Under the pieces are notes generated by a model that was not told the DNA's origin, ran no database searches, and worked only from the letters and a program-made list of their open reading frames with translations. From a virus: 64,000 nucleotides of DNA. Within the stretch, counting starts at the first letter, position 1. Every line of letters begins with the position of its first letter. The stretch is from IMG/VR virus record IMGVR_UViG_3300045988_108791, positions 12,935 through 76,934 of that record, one strand, 5' to 3'. Shown one piece after another: positions 29,501 to 38,527 of the stretch. The translations under genes and the position numbers were made by a program.

Positions 29501-32500
29501 TACGGAGCAGATGGAAAAGTGGGATGCTGAAAATTCAGAATTGGAATTTAGTGAAAGTTATGCCACAAGAATGGAATCCATATACAAAAAGGCTGAAGAA
29601 GAATTAGGACATCCGGTTTCTCAAACAACCAAAGAATACCTTAATGCCTTATCCCGGCAAAAACGGATATTGAGGCAGCCTTTTATTGATAGCGGTGGTA
29701 ATTTTGATGAGGTTGCCTACTATAAGAGTAGTAACTACGAAGAAGAAGGACTGCTTCGTAAACAACGTAAGGAGGCAGCTTCGGAATACATATATGTAGG
29801 AACCAGGAGAGTGGAAAAAACCGGCGACCAACTTAAGATGGCCAAAGAAATACAAGCCATAAATGAAGTTTGGAGAAAAGAATCAAATAATGCCACTAAT
29901 GCCGTATCAGAATCGTTTTTGCAAAAATTAAGAACGATTCAGAGCGAGTCTGGAGGAGAAGCTGCGCTGAAGACGCTTATGTTGGGGGGTCACCTGTCAT
30001 TCAACGATCGGTTTTGGAATGACGTAGAATCGGAACAGTCGGCGCGTACCGAATCAAATAACAAGGCTTCGTATCTTAAAATGGCGCATGATATCATTAG
30101 TTCTACGACAAGTGATAGAGATGCGACTGACGTGGACTCGATTGTAAAAGATATAGAAAAAAATAAGGCCATTATCAAGGAAATAATCGGAAACAATCGC
30201 GATGTGGCTGATATCGGAGAAATCAATGAAGCGACATTTACCTCATCTGAAAGAGATGCTTTTAGGGCCGCATCTGAAGCTATTGAAGCCGATTACGCTA
30301 TTTTGATAGATTATGCTAAGATGGTGGGTCTTGAAGATATTGATAAGTACCTTACTAAAAGCAGTAAGGCTGAAAACGAAGTAAATCAGTCTTATTTAAA
30401 TGCTCTTGCTGACTCTAAGGAAATTGAATGGCAGTTTGCACAGCGTCATACTACTGCCAAAAAAGCCAAAAGGATTCAGGCTCTTAGAGATAAGTTATTC
30501 ATGGCTCAAGATAACAGGTATATGTTTACCGTCTCTGAAACCAACTACTTGTCAGAAAAATTGGGAATAGATAAAAAGCTAGATCGTAGAGATTTTAGGA
30601 ATGCGGTTAGAGCCAAGATGTCTGACATATTTGGACACGATAACGGAGTAGCTGAAGTGAACGATATCGTTAATGAATTTGCCAGGAGCCAGGTCTTTTC
30701 GTACTATAAACGCATGGCGCCTACCGGATATGCGGCTATGATCGACAAAATCGGTCGAGGTGAGATAGATGTGGCGCAGATGGTTAAGGACGTACAAAAC
30801 GGTACATCCACCCAAGATTATGGCATGGACATATCGTACCTGTCTTTCGATCCTGCAAGGGCATGGGTGGCTGAATCTGAAGCCGAAAATAGCGGCCGTA
30901 ATCCTGATTATGTAAAAGATCATGGGTATGGTCATCGCATGCCTAAGAAAAGCCTGTATCGTGATGAATCGTATTTCAATGACTTTGGTATCAAGTATGA
31001 TGCTGACGGTAATGAAGTTGCTACTAAAAACGTAGAGCAGTGGAATATGATTCAAAAACTCAAGGAAATAAAAAGACAATCCCTTGATCTATACAAAGAG
31101 CAGAGTCCCAATTTGTATGCTATTCCACAGATATCAAAACAAGACATAGAACGTATGGAAGGATTGGGTATTAACTTCAAAAATACGGTTCGTAATTTCG
31201 TATCAGATCTGTGCCTGGACAGAGTAGACGATTCTCTATATGGTAAGACCAGGCAAGGGGAAGTATATGATCCGGAAGACAGACTTAGGTCTATACCTAA
31301 ATACTACATATATGAGTTGGAGAACCAAGATGATGTATCTCACGATTTTGGCTACTCTTATTCGATGCTTATGATGCAGTCATCGTTATACAACGAAAAG
31401 CAGAAATCTATAGAGCTTGCCCAAGGACTGGAGCAGATGTTGCTGAATAAGCAATTTGAAGGCGGTAAGAAAGCTGAAGCGACTCAAGCATATCAGATGT
31501 TTAGAGACTTCTTTAACGATCATTATTATGGCATTAGGATGAACACCAAAAAACTGACGGTAAACATCGGTGGATACACAGTAGACCTTACCAGGATAAT
31601 GATGGCCGTTGAAAGATTTATGTCGGTCATGAACTTGGCACTGTCTCCGTTTGTGGCAGCTACCGGCGCCCTTACCGGCCATATCAACCTCATCATGGAA
31701 TCAGCCGTAGGACAGTATATAAGCAAAGACTCCCTTAAATACGCATCGGCTGAGTTTTCACGCCTTGCGCCATCTTGTATAGCAGAAACCGGAGACATAG
31801 ATAGGAAAAGCAAATTATATGTCATAGGTGAGAGAATGGGTATTTTCAACATACGAAACAGAATGTATGGTGCCGGATACAATAGAGTGGCCAGGACCTT
31901 AATGCGTTCGCCTATGTATGCTTTTATGGAAATCCTGAACTACCCTCTTGATCCGCAGGTTATGATTGCTACTATGGACAATGTTCGTTATTACAAAGGC
32001 CGGTTCTACACGTTCCAAGATTTCAAGATGGAAAAAGAACGTAATAAAGAACAGAGTACCATAAAAAGAGAATGGAATGCATTAAAAGATCGTACTTTAT
32101 GGAGTATGGTAGACGTCGTGGATGGGAAGGTGGTTGTAAAGCCAGGATCGGGTGTTACTGCCGAGGAAGTTGAAACCCAGATGGCTATAACCAGAAATCA
32201 AGTTCGTAGCTTGTCGCAGATATGTAACGGATCTTTGAATGAAGAAAACCGAACTGCCGCATCGCGCAACTGGATAGCCAGGTTCATGACCGCCCACCGA
32301 GGATGGTTGGTGCTGGCGGCTCAACGTCTGTGGAAAAGGCGTGGCTTCAATTTCCAAACAATGCAAGAAGAGGAGGGACTGTCAATTACGTTAAAGAATA
32401 TGATAGCCAAAACATTTAGCTTAGCTTCCGAGTCTGGTATGAAAAACATCATAGATGCCTGGAACGAAAATAAAGACAATATGAATGAGGTAGAGAAAAC

Positions 32501-32978
32501 CAATCTAAAACGTCTCAGTGTCTATGCCGGCACGTTCCTTATTATGCAAGCCGTATCTATGCTTCTTGCCGGGTGGCGTGATGATGATGAAAACGAGGAA
32601 AGTTGGCTTACTCAATTCGGATCCTACGTCGGATTCAGAACCATAAACGAAATAGCTTCACAGATGCCATTTATTATGGAGCTTAACGTGGTTGATATCA
32701 TTAACGACCCATTTGTTATGGGACGGAAACTTAAGGATCTTACCGATCTTAGGAATTATTCACTTGATAAAGTAACATCTGGTACATACAAGGGAGAGTC
32801 TAAGTTATTTAGGCAGCTCGCCAAACAGACGTTTATCAAACAATGGTATAACATCAAGACACCAGAAGACGTGGCACGCGCCTATAATTGGTGGCAGCAG
32901 ACGAACAATAAGTCAATGATGTTCTTTATCGGCGCCACTCCTGATTCGGAAGGAGATGATGATGTTAGCTACAAATAG
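26565..32978 (+). CDS. giant virion/ejection protein (2137 aa) with coiled coils and C-terminal hydrophobic segments
   Basis: Uninterrupted 6.4-kb ORF with many coiled-coil stretches. C-terminal hydrophobic segments include VDLTRIMMAVERFMSVMNLALSPFVAATGALTGHINLIM and VYAGTFLIMQAVSMLLAGW. Last + strand gene before the convergence point. Confidence 0.8.
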   Translation: MTSTCIIKRDNKKKVVSVSTRSGDRSMLFDKIASIPLMENRERATTVFKTVFSNKFLKAFGDWRRNVPVNKQAYNKVKSNIGLIPESYRERVLDKASKMSNPVLVSKSDAPYEIQESGFGFYSQDLGDNIMLVDAMVPSSISVLEGPGIDAGQYLQDAISSDFTPVSMVQDKDANYMVIKDGLKIFSPEELPEADPNPVGVTYQTGEPRLFFMNDRSQLFEDYGEALRSGGNDIRIGFLSGTVQESTVDGVADITYKAGKYVLNNPKSFIPVMTASASTSLSTKGGIINYLIKKGLLSGSKILDPETRSYYLTGEGHTGQIRLFNSSLSYTELRNHFGSDVSMNDQGMITISSLDNSKVTMRLATGGTERVSKEQIKNDLKSGRYNELDAKYDHFDALVVSFILEDNDLYADTKAKIVSDYSRQERDQRNSIVEILKTLGVSVIGMTDYIEKYQTKYGHEPSAKALADIANNVIAVGEDATLSDLVEETSHFLVEAYRDQNAVEAVLQDVEGTEEWNQYAGQYYNTYGKVYEGSELDNAVRREILGKILAREMQTGTAQAPVEPTSFLGRVRQLLSGIVSWLKSALSTQRQDLNNVIKSIRDLAITDIDKGFDTSLLKDNDFTLYSLSSMNKNKFLESKIRSLRKTLRDLRQISSDRAVTTSMTLAQLKTIEDKINKVETEIDKNEMAAAMNSMISTAEAQVRYLSNVVNTILHGDTKDGKLHFNTNDRKNVDIINNQVLPIMNDLRGYIRNRSTEFDEREKQDYTNRINTVIADINGIQSDIKSVQDLDESTLLDKLMNELHVPADKVKRVKEFFDKVQHDVSWISRWFGILEHSSSPFNNALGAMIAKDNYNAMVNAQPAISDFLAYAKKHGFNKSEFEKLLQKVDGKTSNYLRSALDMAKYDRNKKLAQMRAFATAMNIEISEEEIGDVVDNNRNYVFKREVVDKDGNTVTENAKFKPSSDRVNTDIFTIEQEKIYTEQMEKWDAENSELEFSESYATRMESIYKKAEEELGHPVSQTTKEYLNALSRQKRILRQPFIDSGGNFDEVAYYKSSNYEEEGLLRKQRKEAASEYIYVGTRRVEKTGDQLKMAKEIQAINEVWRKESNNATNAVSESFLQKLRTIQSESGGEAALKTLMLGGHLSFNDRFWNDVESEQSARTESNNKASYLKMAHDIISSTTSDRDATDVDSIVKDIEKNKAIIKEIIGNNRDVADIGEINEATFTSSERDAFRAASEAIEADYAILIDYAKMVGLEDIDKYLTKSSKAENEVNQSYLNALADSKEIEWQFAQRHTTAKKAKRIQALRDKLFMAQDNRYMFTVSETNYLSEKLGIDKKLDRRDFRNAVRAKMSDIFGHDNGVAEVNDIVNEFARSQVFSYYKRMAPTGYAAMIDKIGRGEIDVAQMVKDVQNGTSTQDYGMDISYLSFDPARAWVAESEAENSGRNPDYVKDHGYGHRMPKKSLYRDESYFNDFGIKYDADGNEVATKNVEQWNMIQKLKEIKRQSLDLYKEQSPNLYAIPQISKQDIERMEGLGINFKNTVRNFVSDLCLDRVDDSLYGKTRQGEVYDPEDRLRSIPKYYIYELENQDDVSHDFGYSYSMLMMQSSLYNEKQKSIELAQGLEQMLLNKQFEGGKKAEATQAYQMFRDFFNDHYYGIRMNTKKLTVNIGGYTVDLTRIMMAVERFMSVMNLALSPFVAATGALTGHINLIMESAVGQYISKDSLKYASAEFSRLAPSCIAETGDIDRKSKLYVIGERMGIFNIRNRMYGAGYNRVARTLMRSPMYAFMEILNYPLDPQVMIATMDNVRYYKGRFYTFQDFKMEKERNKEQSTIKREWNALKDRTLWSMVDVVDGKVVVKPGSGVTAEEVETQMAITRNQVRSLSQICNGSLNEENRTAASRNWIARFMTAHRGWLVLAAQRLWKRRGFNFQTMQEEEGLSITLKNMIAKTFSLASESGMKNIIDAWNENKDNMNEVEKTNLKRLSVYAGTFLIMQAVSMLLAGWRDDDENEESWLTQFGSYVGFRTINEIASQMPFIMELNVVDIINDPFVMGRKLKDLTDLRNYSLDKVTSGTYKGESKLFRQLAKQTFIKQWYNIKTPEDVARAYNWWQQTNNKSMMFFIGATPDSEGDDDVSYK

Positions 32979-33114
32979 ACGAAGAATATTGGGCTTGCAT
33001 TGTTTTGATATGACCCCAATATACTATCTTAGCATTGTCAAAGAGTAGATTGTACGTTTTTTGTTCTTACTTGAAAGATTATGTAGGTTTATTTTTTTCT
33101 GAAATTGTTTTCTT

Positions 33115-33158
33115 ACCGGTTCTCAGTCAGAGATGATAGAGAACCGGTTTCTTTTGTT
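33115..33158 (+). terminator. rho-independent terminator for + block
   Basis: ACCGGTTCTC (33115-33124) / GAGAACCGGT (33139-33148), followed by TTCTTTTGTT. Confidence 0.6.
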
Positions 33159-33222
33159 ATGAAAAAAAGGTATATAATTACCTAAGTTTTGGTGATTATA
33201 TACAACTTTGCACCATCTATAT

Positions 33223-33268
33223 AAAACAGAAGCCGGATAATGATTAACGTATATCCGGCTTCTGTTTT
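33223..33268. terminator. bidirectional terminator at convergence point
   Basis: Perfect 17-bp stem AAAACAGAAGCCGGATA / TATCCGGCTTCTGTTTT with a 12-nt loop. A/T tracts flank it on both sides. It lies 7 nt from the stop of the minus-strand gene at 33275. Confidence 0.7.
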
Positions 33269-33274
33269 ATATGG

Positions 33275-34309
33275 TTAAAATTCTTTTTCGTTACCACCTT
33301 TTTTAGAGGTGGTTTTATCAAAAAGAGGGTCGTTAGGATCTGTTTTGGGATTATAGCTAAATATGCCTTTAGCTATTCTCTTCATATCTTCTTCTATGTT
33401 TGGATCTCCACATTTTCCCCTCATTATCTCGTCATACAACTTATCTTGTACTGGTAAAGCCTTATCTAACATTTCTTTGAACTTATCCCAATTGTAGTCT
33501 GAAGCCCTTCCCAATGCCTCTATTGCAGCTAAATGTTCTTTTAATTTAGGCTTTCCAAGATCCTCTGATAAGAATTGATGATCTTTTTTAGGTTTATACC
33601 CTTTCTCGTTTTTAGGGTTTCTTATCTTAAGTTCTTCAAGAACTCCCGGTCCAAGTCTTTTATAAACAATATCATTGATCCACTGACCAACAACGGCGGG
33701 CCTCTTATGTATATTTTCCCAATCCCATCCCCTCATCTTGTAAATCATTTCAAAAAAGCTATCATTAAATGTTTTCACCCATTTACTTGCTTCCTCTGTA
33801 AGGAATTGATTTAGGAATTTCTGTAGTTCGTCTTTCGCCCTATTTTTGTCTTCTTGATACCCTGTGGCTTCATCCACTAATGCTATGATACCAACTTTCG
33901 CGAGTGCTCTAACAATTATATCACATCTATTTATGACTGTTTGTTGATTGACACCTAAAGATGTTTTTTTGCTTAATGCACAATCTCTGGCATTAAGCAT
34001 GATTTCGCAAATATCAGGTAATATTGTAGCTTCATAAGCCATTATTCTTCTATATCCTTTAAAACAAGGAAATGACTTATCTTTTACCGATAAATAACCA
34101 TTTGGAATACAGTCGCTTATAGCTTTGGAGGATAGTATTTTTACTAATTTTGTACCCGATCTATCATTAGGATCGTCAAGTCCTAAAACGTTTTGCATTC
34201 CGGTAGTAGATAGGACTCTTCTACCATCCTCCAAAACGTAACAAGGAATTTTTAAACCATTGAGGTCTAATTCTCCTTCGTACTTGATTTTATTATCTAT
34301 TTTTTCCAT
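33275..34309 (-). CDS. ORF6N/Bro-N-like N-terminal domain protein (putative antirepressor-type DNA-binding protein)
   Basis: 344 aa. The N-terminus GELDLNGLKIPCYVLEDGRRVLSTTGMQNVLGL resembles ORF6N/Bro-N DNA-binding modules. The rest of the protein is unknown. Confidence 0.4.
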   Translation of the reverse strand: MEKIDNKIKYEGELDLNGLKIPCYVLEDGRRVLSTTGMQNVLGLDDPNDRSGTKLVKILSSKAISDCIPNGYLSVKDKSFPCFKGYRRIMAYEATILPDICEIMLNARDCALSKKTSLGVNQQTVINRCDIIVRALAKVGIIALVDEATGYQEDKNRAKDELQKFLNQFLTEEASKWVKTFNDSFFEMIYKMRGWDWENIHKRPAVVGQWINDIVYKRLGPGVLEELKIRNPKNEKGYKPKKDHQFLSEDLGKPKLKEHLAAIEALGRASDYNWDKFKEMLDKALPVQDKLYDEIMRGKCGDPNIEEDMKRIAKGIFSYNPKTDPNDPLFDKTTSKKGGNEKEF

Positions 34310-34313
34310 TGCA

Positions 34314-34720
34314 TTAATTAATTTGTGAATACCTTAATCGTCGTTTGGTATTCTGCAAAAATACATCGAATCTTTCAGATTCCGATAGATGTTTCGTGTT
34401 ATATCTGAAAGATTCGCAATCTACATATCTTTGAAGATGTTTTCTCGACACCCAGAAATGGGTTCCAGAAATCATTTTCTTCAAATGGCTCCAATATCCT
34501 TCGATTGTGTTTGTTGATCTTCTGCCTATTACATACGCTCCCTTTTTGTGATATACTTTTTGATGATCAAACTTTTCTTTGTCGATCCCGTTATACGCAT
34601 ACCATTCGTCAGAATATATGGTAGAATTAGGGTGAACGGTATTGTATATCAAAGGAAGTAAGGTTTTACCTTTTGTGTCTGTAACGACATAAGCGACTTA
34701 TTTTCAGCATAAAAATTTGT
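34314..34720 (-). pseudogene. truncated IS1595-family (ISXO2-like) transposase C-terminal fragment
   Basis: Open frame ...IYSDEWYAYNG...STNTIEGYWSHLKKMISGTHFWVSRKHLQRYVDCESFRYNTK matches the conserved C-terminal DDE_Tnp_IS1595 region (second D and E). The N-terminal ~200 aa, with the first catalytic D and the Zn finger, is absent. The frame is closed by TAA at 34721-34723. Confidence 0.55.
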
Positions 34721-34895
34721 AACCTGGTTTTACAGCTTCCGCTTCTTCTCTCGTATCAAACATTAAGGTAGTGACAGCTCCTATTCCTTCACAAACGTAA
34801 GACACTTTCACCCACCACCTAAAAATCCCAGAGCCGTAATCATCATAGTACGGCTCAGAAAGAATCTCCTCTACATACCCATCCAAATAATTCAT
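34704..34895 (-). CDS. small hypothetical protein (63 aa)
   Basis: ORF with an ATGA overlap to the upstream gene. Confidence 0.45.
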   Translation of the reverse strand: MNYLDGYVEEILSEPYYDDYGSGIFRWWVKVSYVCEGIGAVTTLMFDTREEAEAVKPGYKFLC

Positions 34896-35614
34896 GATCG
34901 CTCCTCCTTGTTTTTAGATTCTGCTTCTTCGAGTATGCTGATCACCTTGTCAACAATATCCGAATCAGACATTTTCTCAATAAAAACATCCATTGCCTTA
35001 GTTATGTCATTGGCTTCTTTTTCTTCAAGAGCTATTTCTCCACCGGTAATAGCATCAGATAATGATGTAGATAAGTGTCTTATCTTATCAATGCTCATAA
35101 ACGTAAATGGATTACCACCCCATTCACCACCCATTTCTTTCATGATCTGATATCCACCTGAAATAAGTCTGCCTGATGTCGTGGCCAAGGAGGATACGAT
35201 TAGGGACAGTACCGCCGCTTCCGTCCGCTCCTCGGACACACCCCTCGACCACACGGCTGCCCTTATAGCGCCGGACAGGTCGTCTATGTATGGCATGAGG
35301 AAATCTTCCATCGCTTGTGTTATATCAGCTATAACCTCATTACGCTCTTTATTTATGTAGTAGATAGAAGCATTGTACCTCTTTATCTCTTTGTCCATAT
35401 CATTTAAAAGACGCTTGATATTGTGCTTATACATAGGACCACCCTTAATCACTTCCTTTAGCTTAAGAATGTAATTATAAGCCTGGTCGTTTACGAACAA
35501 CGTCATGGTCTCAACCGTTGAATGAAGCGTGTTAAGACTGTTAAGAATCTTATCGAAATTATTTATCAAATAAGCTTTTCTGGCTTTTGCTGCGTAATTA
35601 ATCATCGCATTCAA
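34892..35614 (-). CDS. hypothetical protein (240 aa)
   Basis: ORF. Confidence 0.55.
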   Translation of the reverse strand: MNAMINYAAKARKAYLINNFDKILNSLNTLHSTVETMTLFVNDQAYNYILKLKEVIKGGPMYKHNIKRLLNDMDKEIKRYNASIYYINKERNEVIADITQAMEDFLMPYIDDLSGAIRAAVWSRGVSEERTEAAVLSLIVSSLATTSGRLISGGYQIMKEMGGEWGGNPFTFMSIDKIRHLSTSLSDAITGGEIALEEKEANDITKAMDVFIEKMSDSDIVDKVISILEEAESKNKEERS

Positions 35615-36128
35615 ATTTTAGATTTTCAAGTTCATTCAATTGTTTCTTAATAGATTCGATCAGGTGCGCTCTCCGTTCCTCTGCATGTTTTAGAGCTTCT
35701 TCTTTGCTCTCAAAAGCATCCCTTCCTATTTCATAAGGAGTGAACCTATCAGGAATGTCAGCTAACAAAAGACCACCATACTCTTCTATTTTAGCTTTTA
35801 CTTTTCTTATTATACCGTCTCTCAGGCACGCATCCGTAACCCATATAAATCTATCACATTCTTCTAATTCCCTTTCGTACAATTCATACCATTCCGGCTT
35901 AGGGAATCTTAATGTGAATCTAATTTCGGTATCTTTCTCTAAGACATTAATATCATACGCCTCCGGCCACAGTTCTTTTATGCTGTCTTCATCTTCAGCA
36001 TACGCCACCAATACAAATGAATTACTGGATTCTGCGCTACACCAATACGGGTATTTTATAGGCCATTTGACTGGACGGTAATCATTGTCACAGTCATCCT
36101 TTCTAATGTGAAATCTTGCTCTGATCAT
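35598..36128 (-). CDS. hypothetical protein (176 aa)
   Basis: ORF. Confidence 0.55.
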   Translation of the reverse strand: MIRARFHIRKDDCDNDYRPVKWPIKYPYWCSAESSNSFVLVAYAEDEDSIKELWPEAYDINVLEKDTEIRFTLRFPKPEWYELYERELEECDRFIWVTDACLRDGIIRKVKAKIEEYGGLLLADIPDRFTPYEIGRDAFESKEEALKHAEERRAHLIESIKKQLNELENLKFECDD

Positions 36129-36129
36129 A

Positions 36130-36438
36130 TTATTCTACTTTTTTGATTTCGCTCAAATCGTCTTCATACACCAAATAAGATCCTCTTCCAGGTCTTCCTT
36201 CTTTATTGGGTGCCTGGATCGTAAATATAACTGTTCCAGTACTCATGATTTGAACGATCTTGAAGAAACCAACAAGAGATTCTTTCGAACGTTTGTAAAG
36301 AACGCTCACTTTATCTCCCTTCTTGAATCCATAAACAGAATCGAAATAATCCTTTTTAATTCTTTCAATATTACTTCTGTGTTTGTCCATTGCTTCAAAC
36401 TCGTCGTCTAACAGACGAATCATTTGTTCTTTTGTCAT
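36130..36438 (-). CDS. hypothetical protein (102 aa)
   Basis: ORF, closely packed against its neighbours. Confidence 0.5.
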   Translation of the reverse strand: MTKEQMIRLLDDEFEAMDKHRSNIERIKKDYFDSVYGFKKGDKVSVLYKRSKESLVGFFKIVQIMSTGTVIFTIQAPNKEGRPGRGSYLVYEDDLSEIKKVE

Positions 36439-36992
36439 TCCTTTTCCTCCTTATTCAATGGTATTAATCCTTTTCCGTGCTTATCATACCACAGCATAGC
36501 TATACAATTCCACGCACATTGTGCAAGATGAAAACACCCTGTATCTGAGTCTATTCTTTCTCCTTTCATGTATTCCATTAGGTGTCGAAATATTGCAGCA
36601 CGATACCGTTCAATGCCATTGTCAAGATTCTGCCAAGTATTAGGACCGTACTTTTTGGCTCCGGCATGATAGACTTTTACAATGTCCTCAATCTCTTCCA
36701 TTGGAAGCAAATCCCATCGTAGTTTATCATCAATGATGTCATTTTTCACCGATTTGTTTTCTATGGGGTCTTTGGTAAGAATAATATCCATAATATCCGT
36801 TTCTATGACGAACGTCTCCCCATTGCAACAAACCTCAGCATATTTATCATTTACTTCTATGTCTGATACTGCCTCCGCTATAGCTCCTTTGACGATTTTA
36901 AATTCGGCACTGATTATATCATCTTTTAATATGCGAAAAATAGATCCTTTTGGATAAAGGATATTTTTAGTATTATCATCCATCTTTTCCAT
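36435..36992 (-). CDS. hypothetical protein (185 aa), possible all-alpha nucleotide pyrophosphohydrolase-like fold
   Basis: Motifs PMEEIEDIVKVYHAGAKKYG...W and AQCAWNCIAMLWY resemble MazG-like phage nucleotide pyrophosphohydrolases, but the match is weak. Confidence 0.3.
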   Translation of the reverse strand: MEKMDDNTKNILYPKGSIFRILKDDIISAEFKIVKGAIAEAVSDIEVNDKYAEVCCNGETFVIETDIMDIILTKDPIENKSVKNDIIDDKLRWDLLPMEEIEDIVKVYHAGAKKYGPNTWQNLDNGIERYRAAIFRHLMEYMKGERIDSDTGCFHLAQCAWNCIAMLWYDKHGKGLIPLNKEEKE

Positions 36993-37044
36993 TGCTTTAT
37001 CGTTGTTTTACCTCATTTCGATAGTAATATAATCCATCTTCGTC

Positions 37045-37332
37045 TTATACCCTATCATTTCTGTTTTTCTCAAAATACTGTCTTACGGCTTCAATCGCCT
37101 TATCGTCATCAAAAGCCTCTACAAACCCCTCATAGAATCTATTTCGCTCCATAGAGAACGTATTGCTTCCATCCGGAATGGTTCTGAACACAACTACCTT
37201 CTCTCCATCTACGTTCGTTTCTATGATGTTGTTATGGAGAATAATAGAATACCGCCCAGAGTTTTTGTTCTGGACGACACTATGTTCGAGATTGTAGAGT
37301 CTAAGTAGTTCTCTTATTTCTTTTACTCCCAT
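37045..37332 (-). CDS. hypothetical protein (95 aa)
   Basis: ORF. Confidence 0.5.
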   Translation of the reverse strand: MGVKEIRELLRLYNLEHSVVQNKNSGRYSIILHNNIIETNVDGEKVVVFRTIPDGSNTFSMERNRFYEGFVEAFDDDKAIEAVRQYFEKNRNDRV

Positions 37333-37333
37333 A

Positions 37334-38050
37334 TTATTTTACGTTTTTAGAAGTTACAGCCTCTTCTCCCCATTTCTTTACATATATAGATCTCATCATG
37401 TTCATTAAATTAGAGAAAGAAGAGATGGTTCCCATTTCTATACAAAATGCAAGATTAGATTGAAGCATTTCAAGTTCTTTTAACTGCTCTTGAGTTGCTC
37501 TGTTATCTAAAACATATTTATGTTTATTGAATACAATCCAGTTTAACTTATCAGCCATTTCTATATAATCAACATCTTCAAATTTTGATACAGACCTTGA
37601 AAGAGTATTGTATTTATCCCCTATCTCTATTCTATCCAAAATAAGTTTATCATTTAACCATCCAGTAACTTCTGCATACAGCATAGGATTTAATTCTATA
37701 GCGACTAATACCCATATGTAGGGATCACACATAACATTTCTGTTTGTTCCTCTTCCTGTAGTCTTATAGGCATTATACCACTTCATTACTTTTATCAAAG
37801 AGTTGTTTTCCACTATATCCATAAACTCTTTCAAGGTTTCACTTTTTATGTATTTCTGTTTTTTAAGAATATAAAATATCCTTTCTGCACTCTCCTTGTT
37901 CGAAAGAATATTTTCTATTCTCTTATCATTCCACCCCATCTCCACTCTTTTTCTTGTATATGCCTCTTGTAATCCAGTTAATGACATAAAGGAAGTTTTA
38001 ATGTCCTGTCTGATTACCACTCCATACAATAACCTGTCTTTAGAAATCAC
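37334..38050 (-). CDS. KilA-N domain DNA-binding protein
   Basis: The N-terminus YGVVIRQDIKTSFMSLTGLQEAY...KRIENILSNKESAERIFYILKK...TTGRGTNRNVMCDPYIWVLVAIELNPMLYAEVTGWL follows the KilA-N/APSES pattern (hIR...DG..hSLT.L....GR.GGTWVHP.LA..hA.WL). Confidence 0.5.
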   Translation of the reverse strand: MISKDRLLYGVVIRQDIKTSFMSLTGLQEAYTRKRVEMGWNDKRIENILSNKESAERIFYILKKQKYIKSETLKEFMDIVENNSLIKVMKWYNAYKTTGRGTNRNVMCDPYIWVLVAIELNPMLYAEVTGWLNDKLILDRIEIGDKYNTLSRSVSKFEDVDYIEMADKLNWIVFNKHKYVLDNRATQEQLKELEMLQSNLAFCIEMGTISSFSNLMNMMRSIYVKKWGEEAVTSKNVK

Positions 38051-38074
38051 AACTTTTAAATTATTTAATAAAAT

Positions 38075-38134
38075 AAGCTTGTATTAAAATTACACGACGT
38101 AAAAATATAGATTGTGTAACTTTAATACAAGCGT
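38075..38134. terminator. bidirectional hairpin terminator (19/21-bp inverted repeat)
   Basis: AAGCTTGTATTAAAATTACAC (38075-38095) / GTGTAACTTTAATACAAGCGT (38114-38134). A-tract upstream and T-rich downstream. Lies between the stop of the 38171 gene and the start of the 38050 gene. Confidence 0.45.
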
Positions 38135-38170
38135 ATTGTGTTAAATTTTACTTATAGTGTTTTTATGTGT

Positions 38171-38527
38171 TCATATTATTCCTTCTAAATTTACTTTTAT
38201 AGAACCATTTATGGTTTTAATGCTCCCATCTATGGTTGAAATCACATCATCTATATCATTTATAATGCCTTCCATGTCATCAACCACCTCCTCCATATCA
38301 GTTACAGCCCGATCTGATTCCCAATATCTTTCTGAGTCTTGTAACGATTCCGGTATATTATCTCTCGCCTCCGTCTCTTCATCTAAAATCATATCAATAT
38401 CATCTTTGGCTGAATTTATGTTGTGCTTTAACTCCGATAACTTTGATTTGATGTATTCAAAATCTGTTTTATACTTATTTGCGTTTTTGATAACATCTGA
38501 TATTTTTTTTCTTCTCTTGTTGTTCAT
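38171..38527 (-). CDS. acidic coiled-coil protein (118 aa)
   Basis: ORF with an ATGA overlap to the helicase gene upstream. Confidence 0.5.
   Translation of the reverse strand: MNNKRRKKISDVIKNANKYKTDFEYIKSKLSELKHNINSAKDDIDMILDEETEARDNIPESLQDSERYWESDRAVTDMEEVVDDMEGIINDIDDVISTIDGSIKTINGSIKVNLEGII

Noticed and set aside
9361-32978. Interpreting the 2213-aa and 2137-aa proteins as two tape-measure proteins of a long-tailed phage
   Set aside because: Two tape-measure proteins of over 2000 aa would be unprecedented, and there are no recognisable tail tube, sheath or chaperone-frameshift genes between them. An ejection or internal-virion role fits better, but TMP-like ancestry for one of them is not excluded.
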